A DNA stretch of 33,411 bases from a virus (Duplodnaviria > Caudoviricetes), in the IMG/VR virus record IMGVR_UViG_3300028585_000052, positions 1 through 33,411 of that record; one strand, written 5' to 3'. Shown piece after piece: positions 32,778-33,411 of the stretch (the stretch's first letter is position 1; each line of letters opens with the position of its first letter). The position numbers and the translations under genes were made by a program. The notes below the pieces were generated by a model, which was not told the DNA's origin, made no database searches, and worked only from the letters and a program-made list of their open reading frames with translations.

Positions 32778-33383
32778 ATGGCAAAGCAGACGATCAATCT
32801 CGGCACTGCTCCTACGGGCGTGGGCGGTGATACGCCACGCAGTGCATTTACCAAATCACAAGCAAACTTCGACGAGCTTTACGCAGCGCTCGGGGCAAGC
32901 GGAAGCCCTGGAACTCTTCCCGCCGCACTTCCCGTTGCTCAAGGTGGCACTGGAGGGACGACTCAGGTCGCCGCGCGCACTGGACTCGGTCTTGGATCAG
33001 CAGCAGCAGCAGATATCGTAGGGTTGATGTCCAGCGGCGCCATCATCGAGACAGGAAGCAGCGCGACCGGCACTTGGACGAAGTTCGCAGACGGAACAAT
33101 GATTACCCAGAATCGCGGGACACTAGGGGTGAACATCACCACAGCATACGGCGCGCTGTTCTACGGCGTTCAGTCTGCGCTCCCGCTCCCGCAGACATTT
33201 GTCGGCGATCTCCCAAAACTATTGCTGAGTGTCAGCGGTGGTCCGGTGGCAGCTCTATGGATTGGTCGACAGAGCGTAGTTACGGCAGCAAGCACAGGGG
33301 CATTCATCGTTATGGCACCGTCTTCGCTACCCAACGCTGCTATGACTATTGACATCGTTGCCATTGGCCGATGGAAAGCTTAA
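32778..33383 (+). CDS. Short tail fibre-like protein
   Basis: KQTINLGT.P.G..GDT.RSAF.K...NF.ELY; LPVAQGGTG.T....AR..LGLG; G.W.KFADGT.I...AIGRWK C-terminal domain. Confidence 0.8.
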   Translation: MAKQTINLGTAPTGVGGDTPRSAFTKSQANFDELYAALGASGSPGTLPAALPVAQGGTGGTTQVAARTGLGLGSAAAADIVGLMSSGAIIETGSSATGTWTKFADGTMITQNRGTLGVNITTAYGALFYGVQSALPLPQTFVGDLPKLLLSVSGGPVAALWIGRQSVVTAASTGAFIVMAPSSLPNAAMTIDIVAIGRWKA

Positions 33384-33403
33384 GAAAAAAACAGGAGTTT
33401 AGA

Positions 33404-33411
33404 ATGAAGAT
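33404..33411 (+). CDS. Start of next gene (MK...), truncated by window end
   Basis: AGGAG SD then ATG at 33404. Confidence 0.45.

Larger units (their letters stand above)
1..33411. mobile_element. Lambdoid temperate siphophage/prophage, internal segment (integrase, att sites and endolysin not in window)
   Basis: Lambda-like synteny: leftward early genes, cI/cro, replication, nin, Q position, lysis, terminase-portal-capsid, tail tube, chaperone frameshift, tape measure, J. Confidence 0.97.

Noticed and set aside
1-33411. CRISPR array, IS element, rRNA, integrase
   Set aside because: No regularly spaced repeats, transposase or recombinase motifs, or rRNA-like sequence seen.

Overview
This window is an internal 33.4 kb part of a lambdoid temperate siphophage or prophage; gene content and GC-rich codon usage point to a Pseudomonas host. 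Gene order: leftward early operon (small hypotheticals, a degenerate HNH-AP2 gene, structured leader RNA with a consensus boxA), a LexA-boxed DUF1654-like gene, the cI/cro switch with five operators, antirepressor, replication initiator and DnaC-like loader, ninB/ninG, Q-position regulator, late promoter and structured leader, holin and spanins (no endolysin in the window), acb2 anti-CBASS gene, terminase, portal, head and a lambda-type non-contractile tail (GGGAAAG frameshift, tape measure, J-like tip, fibre). The most striking unexplained feature is three small late-operon genes (10545-10721, 21052-21534, 23358-23513) built from short peptide motifs of the tail-tip protein J. One is a reverse-order concatemer of four J motifs plus a tape-measure-like C-terminus. 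Another overlaps a convergent antisense moron gene. Together they suggest a tail-epitope decoy or counter-defence system. Also notable: a 40-bp bipartite palindromic site present only in ant and just upstream of acb2, and a tRNA anticodon-arm mimic inside a perfect 20-bp stem. Family names come from motif recognition, not database searches.
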